From Paracoccaceae bacterium (GTDB lineage Bacteria; Pseudomonadota; Alphaproteobacteria; Rhizobiales; Stappiaceae): a DNA stretch of 64,000 nt. The position numbers and the translations under genes are program-made. Shown in pieces: positions 27,190-36,475 of the stretch (positions are counted from its first letter, which is position 1; every line of letters begins with the position of its first letter). The stretch covers positions 21,502-85,501 of the forward strand of contig PARB01000045.1 in assembly GCA_002709505.1 (NCBI GenBank), read 5' to 3'. Below the pieces are notes generated by a model that did not search any database, had not been told where the DNA came from, and worked only from the letters and a program-made list of their open reading frames with translations.

Positions 27190-28238
27190 CAGAAGAGCGG
27201 ATCGAACGGTTTTTCTGCAATGCCTGCAAACAGAAGACCAAGCACTTCATTCGTGGCGAATACAACAAACACGATGGCGACGCTGCCTACTGGTACAAGC
27301 ACCGTATGCTAATCATTGAGTGCTGCGGTTGCGAGAATCTTGAACTCGTCAAGATGACGTTGTTTTCGGAAGATGTTGAGTATTTCGACAACCCGGATAC
27401 CGGTGAACCGGACAGCGAAGGCAAGTGGGATGAGGTCATTTATCCGCCCGTAACCTACCGTAACCCCCCAACGTGGTTCGAAGACTTGCCGGACCCAACG
27501 CTTCGGGCAATTTCCGACGAAATCTACAACTCTCTGCAAACCGGCTCCAATTATCTCGCGACCTTCGGTTCGCGGACGCTGATTGACCGTTTGATTGTTC
27601 TGACTGTCGGCGATAAGGGCAACTTCCCAAAGGGGCTGCAAGCCCTACAGGACGGCGGCATGCTGTCCCAACATGAGCGGGATATCTTGAACCCCGTTGT
27701 CGATGCCGGGAACGCCGCAGCCCATCGCGGCTGGGCACCAACGAAGGAACAAATCGCCGTCATACTCGACACCGTTGAAGGGCTGATACACAGGCTTCTT
27801 GTATTGCCGAAACTGGCTGAAGAGCTGGAAGAGGCTGTGCCAAGCCGTGGGGGCGGTGGGAAGGCAAAAGCTGGGAAGCCAGTCGTCACCGTGAAGGACA
27901 AGATCGACGCAGCACCAAAGGATTTGCGCGCGATCTACGACGAACTTGCCGGAAAGCTTCGGGCGCTGGGCGACGACGTGACGGTCCACCCACAGAAACA
28001 CTATATGGCTTTTCGCCGGAACAGAAATTTCGCGTCCGTCCAAATCTACAACCAAAAACGTGTTGTGCGCGTCTACCTGAATCTCGATCCCGACGCCGTT
28101 GAGTTTGACCCGGCTATGATGCGCGACGTTCGCCAGATCGGCCATTTCGGCACGGGCGACTTGGAGATCACCCTTAAGTCGAAGAAGGATATCGAGAAGG
28201 TATCTGCGCTGATAGAGACGAGTTATGAGGCGTCATGA
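27186..28238 (+). CDS. Zn-ribbon + DUF4145 + DUF5655 fusion protein
   Basis: CNAC..TKH and CCGC; GNAAAH; C-terminal YMAFRRNRNFASV...GHFGTGDLEI. Confidence 0.8.
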   Translation: MTEERIERFFCNACKQKTKHFIRGEYNKHDGDAAYWYKHRMLIIECCGCENLELVKMTLFSEDVEYFDNPDTGEPDSEGKWDEVIYPPVTYRNPPTWFEDLPDPTLRAISDEIYNSLQTGSNYLATFGSRTLIDRLIVLTVGDKGNFPKGLQALQDGGMLSQHERDILNPVVDAGNAAAHRGWAPTKEQIAVILDTVEGLIHRLLVLPKLAEELEEAVPSRGGGGKAKAGKPVVTVKDKIDAAPKDLRAIYDELAGKLRALGDDVTVHPQKHYMAFRRNRNFASVQIYNQKRVVRVYLNLDPDAVEFDPAMMRDVRQIGHFGTGDLEITLKSKKDIEKVSALIETSYEAS

Positions 28239-28289
28239 AGCCAATGGGATAATGATTTGTGACTTTCGCGCATGTCGGAGAAATTTTGA

Positions 28290-29627
28290 ATGAGTAGTTC
28301 CGCTAAATCTACTGCCGTCGCAGTCAAAAAGGTTTCGATGCCGGACGTTCTGGCTTCGTCTGAATCGATGATTGTGAAGGTGACGGATGCCCTTGGGCTG
28401 CCACGGGATATTTTGCCGAGCGATGACCAGATTAAGCACGCTTGGGACCAATTGCCCCGCCTACTTACAAGCATCCCGCCAGAACTACGTGATGAGCGCC
28501 TTGTCAAAATGTGCGTGGCAGTTTCGTGCGGCCTATTTGATGCCGGGATCAATTATGTCTGGAACGCCGCAGTTCTGGAACTTCGCAATAAAGTTCGACA
28601 CTTCGGAATCGAAATTATTCCGCAAGTCCTTGATAAGTCTAACTTCGATGAATCAACGCTCGTCGATCTGAAAGATTCCGAACTTCTGGATTTATGTCTC
28701 AAGTTAAATTTGATCGGAGATGATGATTTCTTCTTCTTGGATCAATGTCGAGCGACCCGAAACAATTTCTCCGCTGCTCATCCTGCCGACGGTGCGATAG
28801 ATGAATATGAATTCATCAATTTTGTAAATCGCTGTCGAAAGCACGCGTTGGTCAGCCAGAAAAACCCCAAAGGAGTAGATGTACGCAAGCTCATTACGGC
28901 ACTAAAGGCGGGTAGATTTACGAAAGATCAACGCGACGAATGGCTTCGTAGAATTGAAGAAACATTTGACGCGCAACGTGAGCTTATTTTTCCGATGCTC
29001 CATGGCATTTATTGTGACCCGGCAGCAGGAGAAGAAGCCAGAAACAACGCGCTTACGATATGTGAAAAACTAGCGAAGAGCTTCAGTCCAAAGGCTCGTT
29101 CAGCGCTCATCGATCAGCACCAAGATTACAAAGCAAAAGGCGAAGACAAGCGGGCATCCGCATCCAGCTTGTTCTTTGAAAAGATCGGTTTTCTTGGCCT
29201 GCTTGGCGAAGCAGAAGTGCACGGCGCGATAACCAAGGCTTGCCAGAAACTGCTGACCGTCCACAATGGGTTTGACAACTTCTATAATGAACCCCCATTC
29301 GCCGAACGCCTTGCTGCACTTTCCGAAAAGAACTCCGTTCCAAACACTGCGCAGGCCGTATTTGTCGAAGCCGTGATCACATGCGGCATTGGGAATCAGT
29401 ACGGGGTTTCTCACGCAGCGATGCCATCATATAGGCAAATGGTCCGTTCGTTTTCTCCGGCAGAAATCCAGATAATGTTCCAACTTACAAAGGGGACAGG
29501 AACGGTTGCGGCCCGGCTGAAAAGCTATGAGAAGTGTCGTACTAAGTTCAAATCTCTGGTTGGCGAACTCAGTGCTAAGAGCGTTCCAACGGCTGTAAAA
29601 GCGGATTTTGGAAAGTGGTCGTCCTAG
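28290..29627 (+). CDS. HEPN-like hypothetical protein (candidate defence effector)
   Basis: AGINYVWNAAV helix and RNNFSAAH (R-x6-H) motif; AT-rich codon use. Confidence 0.65.
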   Translation: MSSSAKSTAVAVKKVSMPDVLASSESMIVKVTDALGLPRDILPSDDQIKHAWDQLPRLLTSIPPELRDERLVKMCVAVSCGLFDAGINYVWNAAVLELRNKVRHFGIEIIPQVLDKSNFDESTLVDLKDSELLDLCLKLNLIGDDDFFFLDQCRATRNNFSAAHPADGAIDEYEFINFVNRCRKHALVSQKNPKGVDVRKLITALKAGRFTKDQRDEWLRRIEETFDAQRELIFPMLHGIYCDPAAGEEARNNALTICEKLAKSFSPKARSALIDQHQDYKAKGEDKRASASSLFFEKIGFLGLLGEAEVHGAITKACQKLLTVHNGFDNFYNEPPFAERLAALSEKNSVPNTAQAVFVEAVITCGIGNQYGVSHAAMPSYRQMVRSFSPAEIQIMFQLTKGTGTVAARLKSYEKCRTKFKSLVGELSAKSVPTAVKADFGKWSS

Positions 29628-29630
29628 GCA

Positions 29631-30434
29631 ATGCTTGTTGCCGAACTTAATGGGGGCCGAATCGACGCATTTTCTGCCGAACGCGGGCCAACCTATAATT
29701 GTCCGAAGTGCCGTGGCGAGGTCGTGCTTAAGAAGGGCCGGAAGGTCGTTCACCACTTCGCGCACAAGCCGCCGACAGACTGCACATGGGCGACAGGCGA
29801 GACACGCGCCCATATGGAAGCAACGATTCTTGTGTCGAACGCACCAAAGGTGCGCGGGCTACGGGAGGAAGTTGAATTCATCGTCAACACCTTGCCGGGC
29901 GACCGCCGCGCCGATGTTATGGCGTGGTCGCCGAAGGGGCTTCAAATCGCGTTCGAACTGCAACACACGCCGATAGGTCTAGACGAAATCGAGCGGCGCG
30001 CTTTGTCGTATGCGCGTGCGGGCATCGCTCAAATCTGGATACCCTTCCTCAAATCGAACGTTTGGGATGAAGGCGCGCCACGACACGGCGGCTGGTTTGT
30101 CGAGCGTTACTCGCCTCGCACCTTCGAACGGTGGGTTCACGGTTTCAACGGCAAGAACGGCATGTGGATGTACGACCCCAAAGACAAGGCGTTTTGGCTA
30201 TGTCGTCTCGCAGGGCACCAATCCTACGTCGAAGAAACAACGTGGTATTCAGAAGGCGGCGAAGAAAACTACGGCGGCGGGTTCTGGAAGTATTCCAAAC
30301 GCTTCAAGGAGCTTAGCCTTGAGGGGCCGTACGGGGCCGAAGACCTGTTGATAGAGGTATCGTCGCGTCGCGCGTTCAGCACGTCCGGCTACAACTGGCC
30401 CGCCGCGCGCATCACCAATCTTGTGCCCGCCTGA
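29631..30434 (+). CDS. CoiA-like nuclease
   Basis: CPKC...HHFAH...C Zn finger, ETRAH, RRADV...AFELQ. Confidence 0.82.
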   Translation: MLVAELNGGRIDAFSAERGPTYNCPKCRGEVVLKKGRKVVHHFAHKPPTDCTWATGETRAHMEATILVSNAPKVRGLREEVEFIVNTLPGDRRADVMAWSPKGLQIAFELQHTPIGLDEIERRALSYARAGIAQIWIPFLKSNVWDEGAPRHGGWFVERYSPRTFERWVHGFNGKNGMWMYDPKDKAFWLCRLAGHQSYVEETTWYSEGGEENYGGGFWKYSKRFKELSLEGPYGAEDLLIEVSSRRAFSTSGYNWPAARITNLVPA

Positions 30435-30449
30435 ACCTCGCTCCGCATG

Positions 30450-30466
30450 GGGTAGATTGAGGGTAG
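30450..30466 (+). promoter_or_regulatory. Putative integrase arm-type sites GGGTAG-N5-GGGTAG
   Basis: Matches 14553-14569; 41 bp inside the att core. Confidence 0.75.
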
Positions 30467-30508
30467 GATTTCTTATACTGAAAATTCATCAATAAAATTG
30501 ATGAGATT

Positions 30509-30585
30509 TGGTAGCGGAGGAGGGACTCGAACCCCCGACACGCGGATTATGATTCCGCTGCTCTAACCGGCTGAGCTACTCCGCC
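30509..30585 (-). tRNA. tRNA with CAT anticodon (probably elongator tRNA-Met)
   Basis: Reverse complement GGCGGAGTAGCTCAGCCGGTTAGAGCAGCGGAATCATAATCCGCGTGTCGGGGGTTCGAGTCCCTCCTCCGCTACCA; 77 nt with encoded CCA. Confidence 0.97.
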
Positions 30586-30626
30586 GTCCGTGTCGCGGAA
30601 ATGGCTCCCGCGCGGATGTGAGCCGC

Positions 30627-30655
30627 ATATAGTCGCCGGCGCGGCGAACTGTCAA
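30627..30655 (-). promoter_or_regulatory. Sigma70-type promoter of the tRNA
   Basis: Minus strand TTGACA-N17-CTATAT. Confidence 0.75.
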
Positions 30656-31173
30656 GCCACCTGATGCGTTTGCCGGGCGTTCTCCCCAGGCCGAAGCCCT
30701 CCGTCGGTTGTCCGCCCCGGACGGAAGGAATGGGACGGAGGAACGCGGCATGCGGAAATGCCGTCGCCCGCGCCTGCCCAAGCGACGTCTCGGCAGGGAC
30801 GGCGGCGCGTCCGCCACACCCGCATCTCGGCATGTCCTCCCCTTTCCCGCTCCCGGTCCGGCCCGCGTCGCGGCACCAGCCGCTGGGGGCGGGGATGGCA
30901 AGACGCCTGTCGCCACGCCCGCTTCCGCTGCCGGTCCACGCGCGCACATGCCGCCAATGCTTGCCCGCGGGCCAAGGGAAGGGTACGAGAAGGCCGCACC
31001 GTTTTGCAGCGCGGCGGGCTCCCGGAATGCTGCCCGACGAGGGTCCGACGGCGGAGACGACCGGGCACGGGCTTCGTCCTCGACACGGCCACCGGAAGAC
31101 GGGCTTGCGAAACGCGCGTTGCGGCTTTCCATGGAGGCGCGCGCGAGGCAACGCGAAATCAGGGGAGCAACGC

Positions 31174-32865
31174 GTGAGCGCTGCGAAAGACACGAAATCG
31201 GCGGCGGGTAATCTCTTCCTGCTGTTTTCCTTCCTGATACGGGACGGCAACCTGCTGCGCTCGCCGGTGCTCGCCTACGCGATCCTTGCAAGCTTCACCC
31301 GGTCGGGAATGATTTTTGCCATCAACGCGATCGCCGGCGGGGCGGCCATCGCCTTCGGCAATGTCGCGCTGCTCGCCGTCACGGTGATCTCGACGCTGAC
31401 CTTCTCGCATCTGGCCCGGGTCAATTCGTTCAAGCTCGTCGAAACCACCAAGCGGCGGATGCGCACCCGGCTGAGCCGCCGCCTGCTGGATGCGCGCGCG
31501 GACTATCTGGCAACCCGCGACCAGGGCAAGGTCTATTCCATCGTCACCCATGAGGTGAACCAGATCTCCAGCGCCTCGACCAACTTCATCGAATCGCTCG
31601 AGGCCTGCCTGCTGATCGCCTTCTGCATTCCCTATCTTTTCTACCTGTCGTGGCCGAGCGGCGCGGCGACGCTGACGGCCGTCATCGTCGGCGGTCTCGG
31701 CTATCTTCTCGCGCAGGGGCCGGCCCAGGCCAGCGCGGAAGCCGCGTCGCGCATCGAATGGCAGTTCTTCGACCGGATCAACGACGTGCTGCGCGGCTAC
31801 AAGGAATTGCGCCTGCGCGAAGCGCGCAAGGACGAGCTGCAAAACGACATCGTCGAGATCTCCCTGCGCGAGCGCGCGCTGAAGCTCGTGGCGGAACGCT
31901 ACTACAGCCTCGGCCAGGTCTTCGCCCAGGGGGCGATGATGGGGCTGCTCTGCGGCATCGTCGTCGGCCTGCCGCTGCTGGCGGGAACCGAAACCGCGAC
32001 CGTCCTTCAGATCCTGACAGTCGTGCTCCTGACCTACGGGCCGATCGAGACGGTAATGGGCAACCTCTCCTCCTTTTCGCGCGCAACCGTTGCCAAGCGG
32101 CTGATCGACGGGCTGGAGCGCGATCTCATCCGCGAGACGGAAGATCCGGCGACGCTCGACCGGTCGCCCGCTCCCGCATCCTTCCGTCGCATCGAGCTCA
32201 AGGGGGCAACCACGGTCCTGACGAGCACCAGCACCTCGGGCGACGACGAGACCTTCACGGTCGGCCCCCTCGATCTGACGCTGGTGCCGGGCGAGGTCGT
32301 GTTCATCTGCGGCGGCAACGGCGCTGGCAAGTCGACGCTGATTTCATTGCTGACCGGGCTGCGCCAGCCGGACGGGGGCCAGATCCTGCTCGACGGCCAG
32401 CCGGTCGGCGACAGGGATCTGGCCCGCTACCGCAGCCTGTTCAGCGCGGTGTTCAGCGAGTTTCACCTGTTTTCGCGGCTCTATGGACTGAGCGAAGACG
32501 AAAAGGCCGCGATCCCCGGTCATCTGGCCGATCTCGACCTCGCTCACCGCGTTTCGGTCACGGAGGAAAAATTCTCCACGCTGGCGCTGTCGTCGGGTCA
32601 GAAGCGGCGGCTGGCGCTATCGGTCGCGCTCGCTGAAAGACGCCCGATCATCGTGCTGGACGAATTCGCCGCCGATCAGGATCCGGTCCGCCGCGCGCTC
32701 TTCTACGACATTCTGGTGCCGCAGATGGCCCGCGACGGCCATCTCGTCCTCGCCGTGACCCATGACGAGCACCGCTTCGCGCAATGCGACCGCCTGATCC
32801 GGATGGAAGCGGGACAGATCGTCTCCGACGAACGCATGGACGGCGGCGCGCGCAAGGCCGTATAG
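31174..32865 (+). CDS. Cyclic-peptide export ABC transporter (PvdE/SyrD/YojI family)
   Basis: AGGGGAG RBS before GTG 31174; TM domain with GYKELRL; GGNGAGKST, LSSGQKRR, LDEFAADQDP, VTHD. Confidence 0.92.
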   Translation: MSAAKDTKSAAGNLFLLFSFLIRDGNLLRSPVLAYAILASFTRSGMIFAINAIAGGAAIAFGNVALLAVTVISTLTFSHLARVNSFKLVETTKRRMRTRLSRRLLDARADYLATRDQGKVYSIVTHEVNQISSASTNFIESLEACLLIAFCIPYLFYLSWPSGAATLTAVIVGGLGYLLAQGPAQASAEAASRIEWQFFDRINDVLRGYKELRLREARKDELQNDIVEISLRERALKLVAERYYSLGQVFAQGAMMGLLCGIVVGLPLLAGTETATVLQILTVVLLTYGPIETVMGNLSSFSRATVAKRLIDGLERDLIRETEDPATLDRSPAPASFRRIELKGATTVLTSTSTSGDDETFTVGPLDLTLVPGEVVFICGGNGAGKSTLISLLTGLRQPDGGQILLDGQPVGDRDLARYRSLFSAVFSEFHLFSRLYGLSEDEKAAIPGHLADLDLAHRVSVTEEKFSTLALSSGQKRRLALSVALAERRPIIVLDEFAADQDPVRRALFYDILVPQMARDGHLVLAVTHDEHRFAQCDRLIRMEAGQIVSDERMDGGARKAV

Positions 32866-33043
32866 CCCTGGAGGCGCGCAACGCGCGACCGCGCGGCGGC
32901 GTGTCCCCGGTCCGCCACACCCTTGCCCGACAACCGCCGTTTGCCGTTGGCGGCAATCTCCAGTAGGAAACGGACGCAGCACTAGCCTTGCCGACATGCA
33001 CGTCGGACAGGAATCACCGGGATCATTTGGAGACACGCGTCAC

Positions 33044-34330
33044 ATGGCCGATCTTTTCGTCGACGGCGGACATCCGATTGCGGGCACGGTCAGCCCGTCG
33101 GGAAACAAGAACGCCGTCCTTCCCATGCTGTGCGCGACACTGCTCACCGACGAGCCGGTGACGCTGGAAAACGTTCCCGAAATCAGCGACGTGGAAAAGA
33201 TCCTCGCCTATTTCGAGCGCATGGGCTCCACGGTGGCCCGCGCCGACGATGGCGCGACGCTGACCATTCGCCACGATTTCGCGGCCTTTCGCGACGCAAA
33301 GGCAGAACTGCCGCTCGGCATCCGCTCCGCCGTGCTTCTGCTCGCGCCGGTGATGGTGCGCACCGGCACCTTGCGCTTCGACACCGATGCAAAGGGCTGC
33401 GCGCTGGGCCTGCGCGAGATCGATCCGCATCTGGAAATTCTGGAGCAATTCGGCAGCCGGATCGTTGCGACGCAACCCTATGACATCCGCCGCGACGGCA
33501 CGCTCGAAGGCCAGGAGATCTGGGCCGACTACGCCTCCGTCACCGCGACCGAGACCTTCGCCATGATGGCGGCCACCGCCAGGGGCACCTCAGTCCTGAT
33601 GAATGCCGCCTCCGAGCCGCATGTGCAGGCACTGTGCCGGATGCTCACCGACATGGGCGCGCAGATCGACGGCCTCGGCACCTCGCGGTTGACGATCACC
33701 GGCGTGGAGAAGCTCTCCGGCACCCGCGCGCGCGTGCCCGACGATCACCATGAGGTCGCGACCTTCCTGGCGATCGGCGGCGTCACCGGCGGCCGGCTGA
33801 CCGTCAAGACCGACGTGACCGAACACATGACGCTGATCCTGCGCCAGCTTTCCAAGCTTGGTCTGCAGTTCGAGGTGGAAGACGGCGCGATCACCGTGAC
33901 CGGCTGGACGCGCGAGGTGCAGCGTCCCTACACCCGCGAGATGCTGCCCAAGATCGAGGCCGCGCCCTGGCCCTATTTCCCGGCCGATCTCCTGCCCCAG
34001 GCCATCGGCGTCGCGGTCGGCTGCAATTCGGAGATCATGTTCTGGAACAAGATCTACGAAGGCGCGCTGGGCTGGAGCTCCGAACTCGCCAAGTTCGGCG
34101 CACGTGTGCATCTGTCCGACCCGCACAGGCTGATCGTCTTCGGCGGCAACTCCTTGCGCCCGGCGGTGGTGGAAGCGCCCTATATCATCCGCGTGGTGCT
34201 CGGGCTGTTCCTGGCCGCGATCCAGGTGGAAGGCCAGTCGCTGATCAAGAACGCCGATCCGATCCGCCGCGCCCACCCGCGCTTCGTCGAAAAGCTCACG
34301 GAGCTGGGCGCAAAGGTCCGCTGGACCTGA
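33044..34330 (+). CDS. murA: UDP-GlcNAc 1-carboxyvinyltransferase (divergent type)
   Basis: SGNKNAVLP, GCALGLREIDPH, NAASEPHV, PWPYFPADL. Confidence 0.88.
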   Translation: MADLFVDGGHPIAGTVSPSGNKNAVLPMLCATLLTDEPVTLENVPEISDVEKILAYFERMGSTVARADDGATLTIRHDFAAFRDAKAELPLGIRSAVLLLAPVMVRTGTLRFDTDAKGCALGLREIDPHLEILEQFGSRIVATQPYDIRRDGTLEGQEIWADYASVTATETFAMMAATARGTSVLMNAASEPHVQALCRMLTDMGAQIDGLGTSRLTITGVEKLSGTRARVPDDHHEVATFLAIGGVTGGRLTVKTDVTEHMTLILRQLSKLGLQFEVEDGAITVTGWTREVQRPYTREMLPKIEAAPWPYFPADLLPQAIGVAVGCNSEIMFWNKIYEGALGWSSELAKFGARVHLSDPHRLIVFGGNSLRPAVVEAPYIIRVVLGLFLAAIQVEGQSLIKNADPIRRAHPRFVEKLTELGAKVRWT

Positions 34331-34462
34331 GGCGGACCGGCGAACGGACAACGATGGAGCCGATGGAAGGCGCATCTTGCGCGCTCCCGTCGTCAACAGC
34401 ATCCCCTCCATGACGCCCGTTTCGGTGTGCCGCGCCCCTGAGGCCGCGGCACGCGGCGTACG

Positions 34463-35743
34463 TCAGCCGTTCAAGTCGCGGTCGAGACGCGCACCGACGC
34501 TGAGGACACGCGTGTCCTGTCCTTTCGCGCCGCCGATCATCAGCGCTCCGGGACGTCCGGTGCCGGTCGTGCGCGTCGGCATGGTCATGGCGCAGGCATC
34601 GGCCAGATTGAGCAGCGACGTGTTGCGCAGCATCGCCGCATTGACCCGGTCGAAGTCGGCTTCGGCCTCGCGGATCGACGGCGGCAGGATCTGCAGCGTC
34701 GGCGCGATCAGCGCATCGAAGCCGGACAGCGCCTCGGCAAGGCGGGCAATCACGGCCCGACGCTGCGCATAGGCCTCGGCAATTTCTTCGGCGGAGGACG
34801 CCTCGCTGATGCGGATGCGCGCCAGCACGCGCGGATCGCCGATTACGGCCAACTGATCCAGGTCGTCCTTGTAAACCTCATGCGCTTCCGCCGAAACCAG
34901 CAGACGATTGAGACCGAGCGCTTCGTGCAGGAAGGTCAGGTCCAGCTCGACAAGCGTGTGGCCGCTGTCCTCAAGCCGCGCCTTCGTCGTCTCGAAGTGA
35001 CCACTCGACCAGCCATCGAGATCGTTGGTGAAGGCGCCTTTGGGCACCGCAAGCCGCAGCGGACCCGATGCCGCCTCGACCGCCTCGGCGGGTGTCGCGC
35101 TCATCACCGCGAAGGCGGCGAGCATGGTTGCGAAATCACGGGCCAGCGGCCCGCAGGAATCGAAGGAACCCGCCAGCGGATGCACGCCCTGGAGCGGCAC
35201 CGCGTCCTGGCTCGGCTTGTGGCCATAAAGACCGTTGATGGCGGCCGGAATGCGCACCGACCCGCCCGTGTCCGTTCCAAGCGCGACATCGGCAAGACCG
35301 AGCCCTACGGTCACGGCGCCGCCGGAGGTCGACCCGCCAGGGATCCCGTCCGCGTCGAACACATTGACCGGCGTTCCGTAGTGCGGGTTGAGACCGACCC
35401 CGGAATAGGCGAGCTCGCTCATTGTGGTGCGGCCGAAGGGAATGCCGCCGGCGTGTTTGATCCGCTGCACGACCGGACAATCCGCAGTCGCCGGCTCACG
35501 GTCGCGCAGGAGGCGGGAGGCCGCAGTCGTGCGCTGGCCCGCCTCGTCGTAGAGATCCTTGACGCTGACCAGAAGGCCTGCGAGCGGCAAGGGCCGGTCG
35601 GCCGCGGCAACGCGGGCTTCCGCCGCGCTTGCGTCCCTGCGGATCCGTTCCGGGTCAAACTGCGTGAACAGCTTACCCGCCGCCTCGCCCATGGCCTCCA
35701 CCCGCGCAATCGCGGCCTCGGCCTTCGTGACTATCTCTCCCAT
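34463..35743 (-). CDS. Amidase signature family enzyme
   Basis: SVKDL, PGGSTSGGA, GTDTGGSVRIPA. Confidence 0.93.
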   Translation of the reverse strand: MGEIVTKAEAAIARVEAMGEAAGKLFTQFDPERIRRDASAAEARVAAADRPLPLAGLLVSVKDLYDEAGQRTTAASRLLRDREPATADCPVVQRIKHAGGIPFGRTTMSELAYSGVGLNPHYGTPVNVFDADGIPGGSTSGGAVTVGLGLADVALGTDTGGSVRIPAAINGLYGHKPSQDAVPLQGVHPLAGSFDSCGPLARDFATMLAAFAVMSATPAEAVEAASGPLRLAVPKGAFTNDLDGWSSGHFETTKARLEDSGHTLVELDLTFLHEALGLNRLLVSAEAHEVYKDDLDQLAVIGDPRVLARIRISEASSAEEIAEAYAQRRAVIARLAEALSGFDALIAPTLQILPPSIREAEADFDRVNAAMLRNTSLLNLADACAMTMPTRTTGTGRPGALMIGGAKGQDTRVLSVGARLDRDLNG

Positions 35744-35790
35744 GTCTCCTCCGGTCGGGCGACCGCGCGCCCACGTCAAACGAACGCCGA

Positions 35791-36462
35791 TCAGGATATG
35801 ATCGGCAGTGTCCTGATCTGGTAGCGGTGCGCGATGGTGCGATCAAGCTCGGGATCGCGCAGTTCCATCCGGAAGGCGGCAGCCGGGCGGACCCCGCCGA
35901 TGGCGCCGAAGGTTCCGCACAAGACGGCAGCGGCGCCCCGGGCAGAAGACGCAAGCCCCGCACCGTCGATCAGCTCCTGCAGTGGCCGGATCGAGGCGAT
36001 GGTCCCCTCCTGATAAAGGGTCCACTCCGCGTCCGGCGTTTCCTGGATCCAGGAGCGCAGCTCAAGGCTTTCCAGCCGCGCGGCGACCTCGGACAGGCGC
36101 CACAGATCGCGCGCGACGGGCTTGGCGCAGATCTGCTTGGACAATGCGACCGAATGCGCTTCCAGCTCGCGGTCGGTGTGATCGGAGGCAAGGCCGAGGT
36201 AGTATTCGCCGGCATGAGACACGATGAAGGGTTCGACCTCGCCCGACGTGCCCGCGCCGACGACCTCGATTTCGGCCGCCTGGGTCAGCTGGTCGGCCGC
36301 GCAGCGATAATAGAGCGGCACCGTAGACGGCGGCGCCACGCCAAGCGCGGCAAGCTCGTCGATGTGATGGCGGATCGCCTCCGGATCGCGTCCCGTCCAG
36401 CCGGCGACGGTGAGATCGCGGACGTCGATGGAAATGACGCCATCGTCGAGAAAGAATTCCAT
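35791..36462 (-). CDS. DUF2848 family protein
   Basis: AGWTGRD..AIRHHIDEL, TSGEVE, SDHTDRELE, SKQIC. Confidence 0.88.
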   Translation of the reverse strand: MEFFLDDGVISIDVRDLTVAGWTGRDPEAIRHHIDELAALGVAPPSTVPLYYRCAADQLTQAAEIEVVGAGTSGEVEPFIVSHAGEYYLGLASDHTDRELEAHSVALSKQICAKPVARDLWRLSEVAARLESLELRSWIQETPDAEWTLYQEGTIASIRPLQELIDGAGLASSARGAAAVLCGTFGAIGGVRPAAAFRMELRDPELDRTIAHRYQIRTLPIIS

Positions 36463-36475
36463 TTCAGACCCTTTT

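Larger units (their letters stand above)
14414..30523. mobile_element. ~16.1-kb PICI/P4-like integrative element with defence cargo
   Basis: Perfect terminal repeats, intact integrase, alpA, helicase and TerS-like gene; no capsid or tail genes; visibly more AT-rich than the flanks. Confidence 0.88.

Noticed and set aside
14414-30523. Full prophage or conjugative ICE
   Set aside because: No capsid, portal, large terminase, tail, lysis, relaxase or T4SS genes.
30664-31173. 170-aa N-terminal extension of the ABC exporter, or a riboswitch in this leader
   Set aside because: The Arg/Pro-rich translation is not protein-like, a strong RBS precedes GTG 31174, and I recognise no riboswitch consensus.
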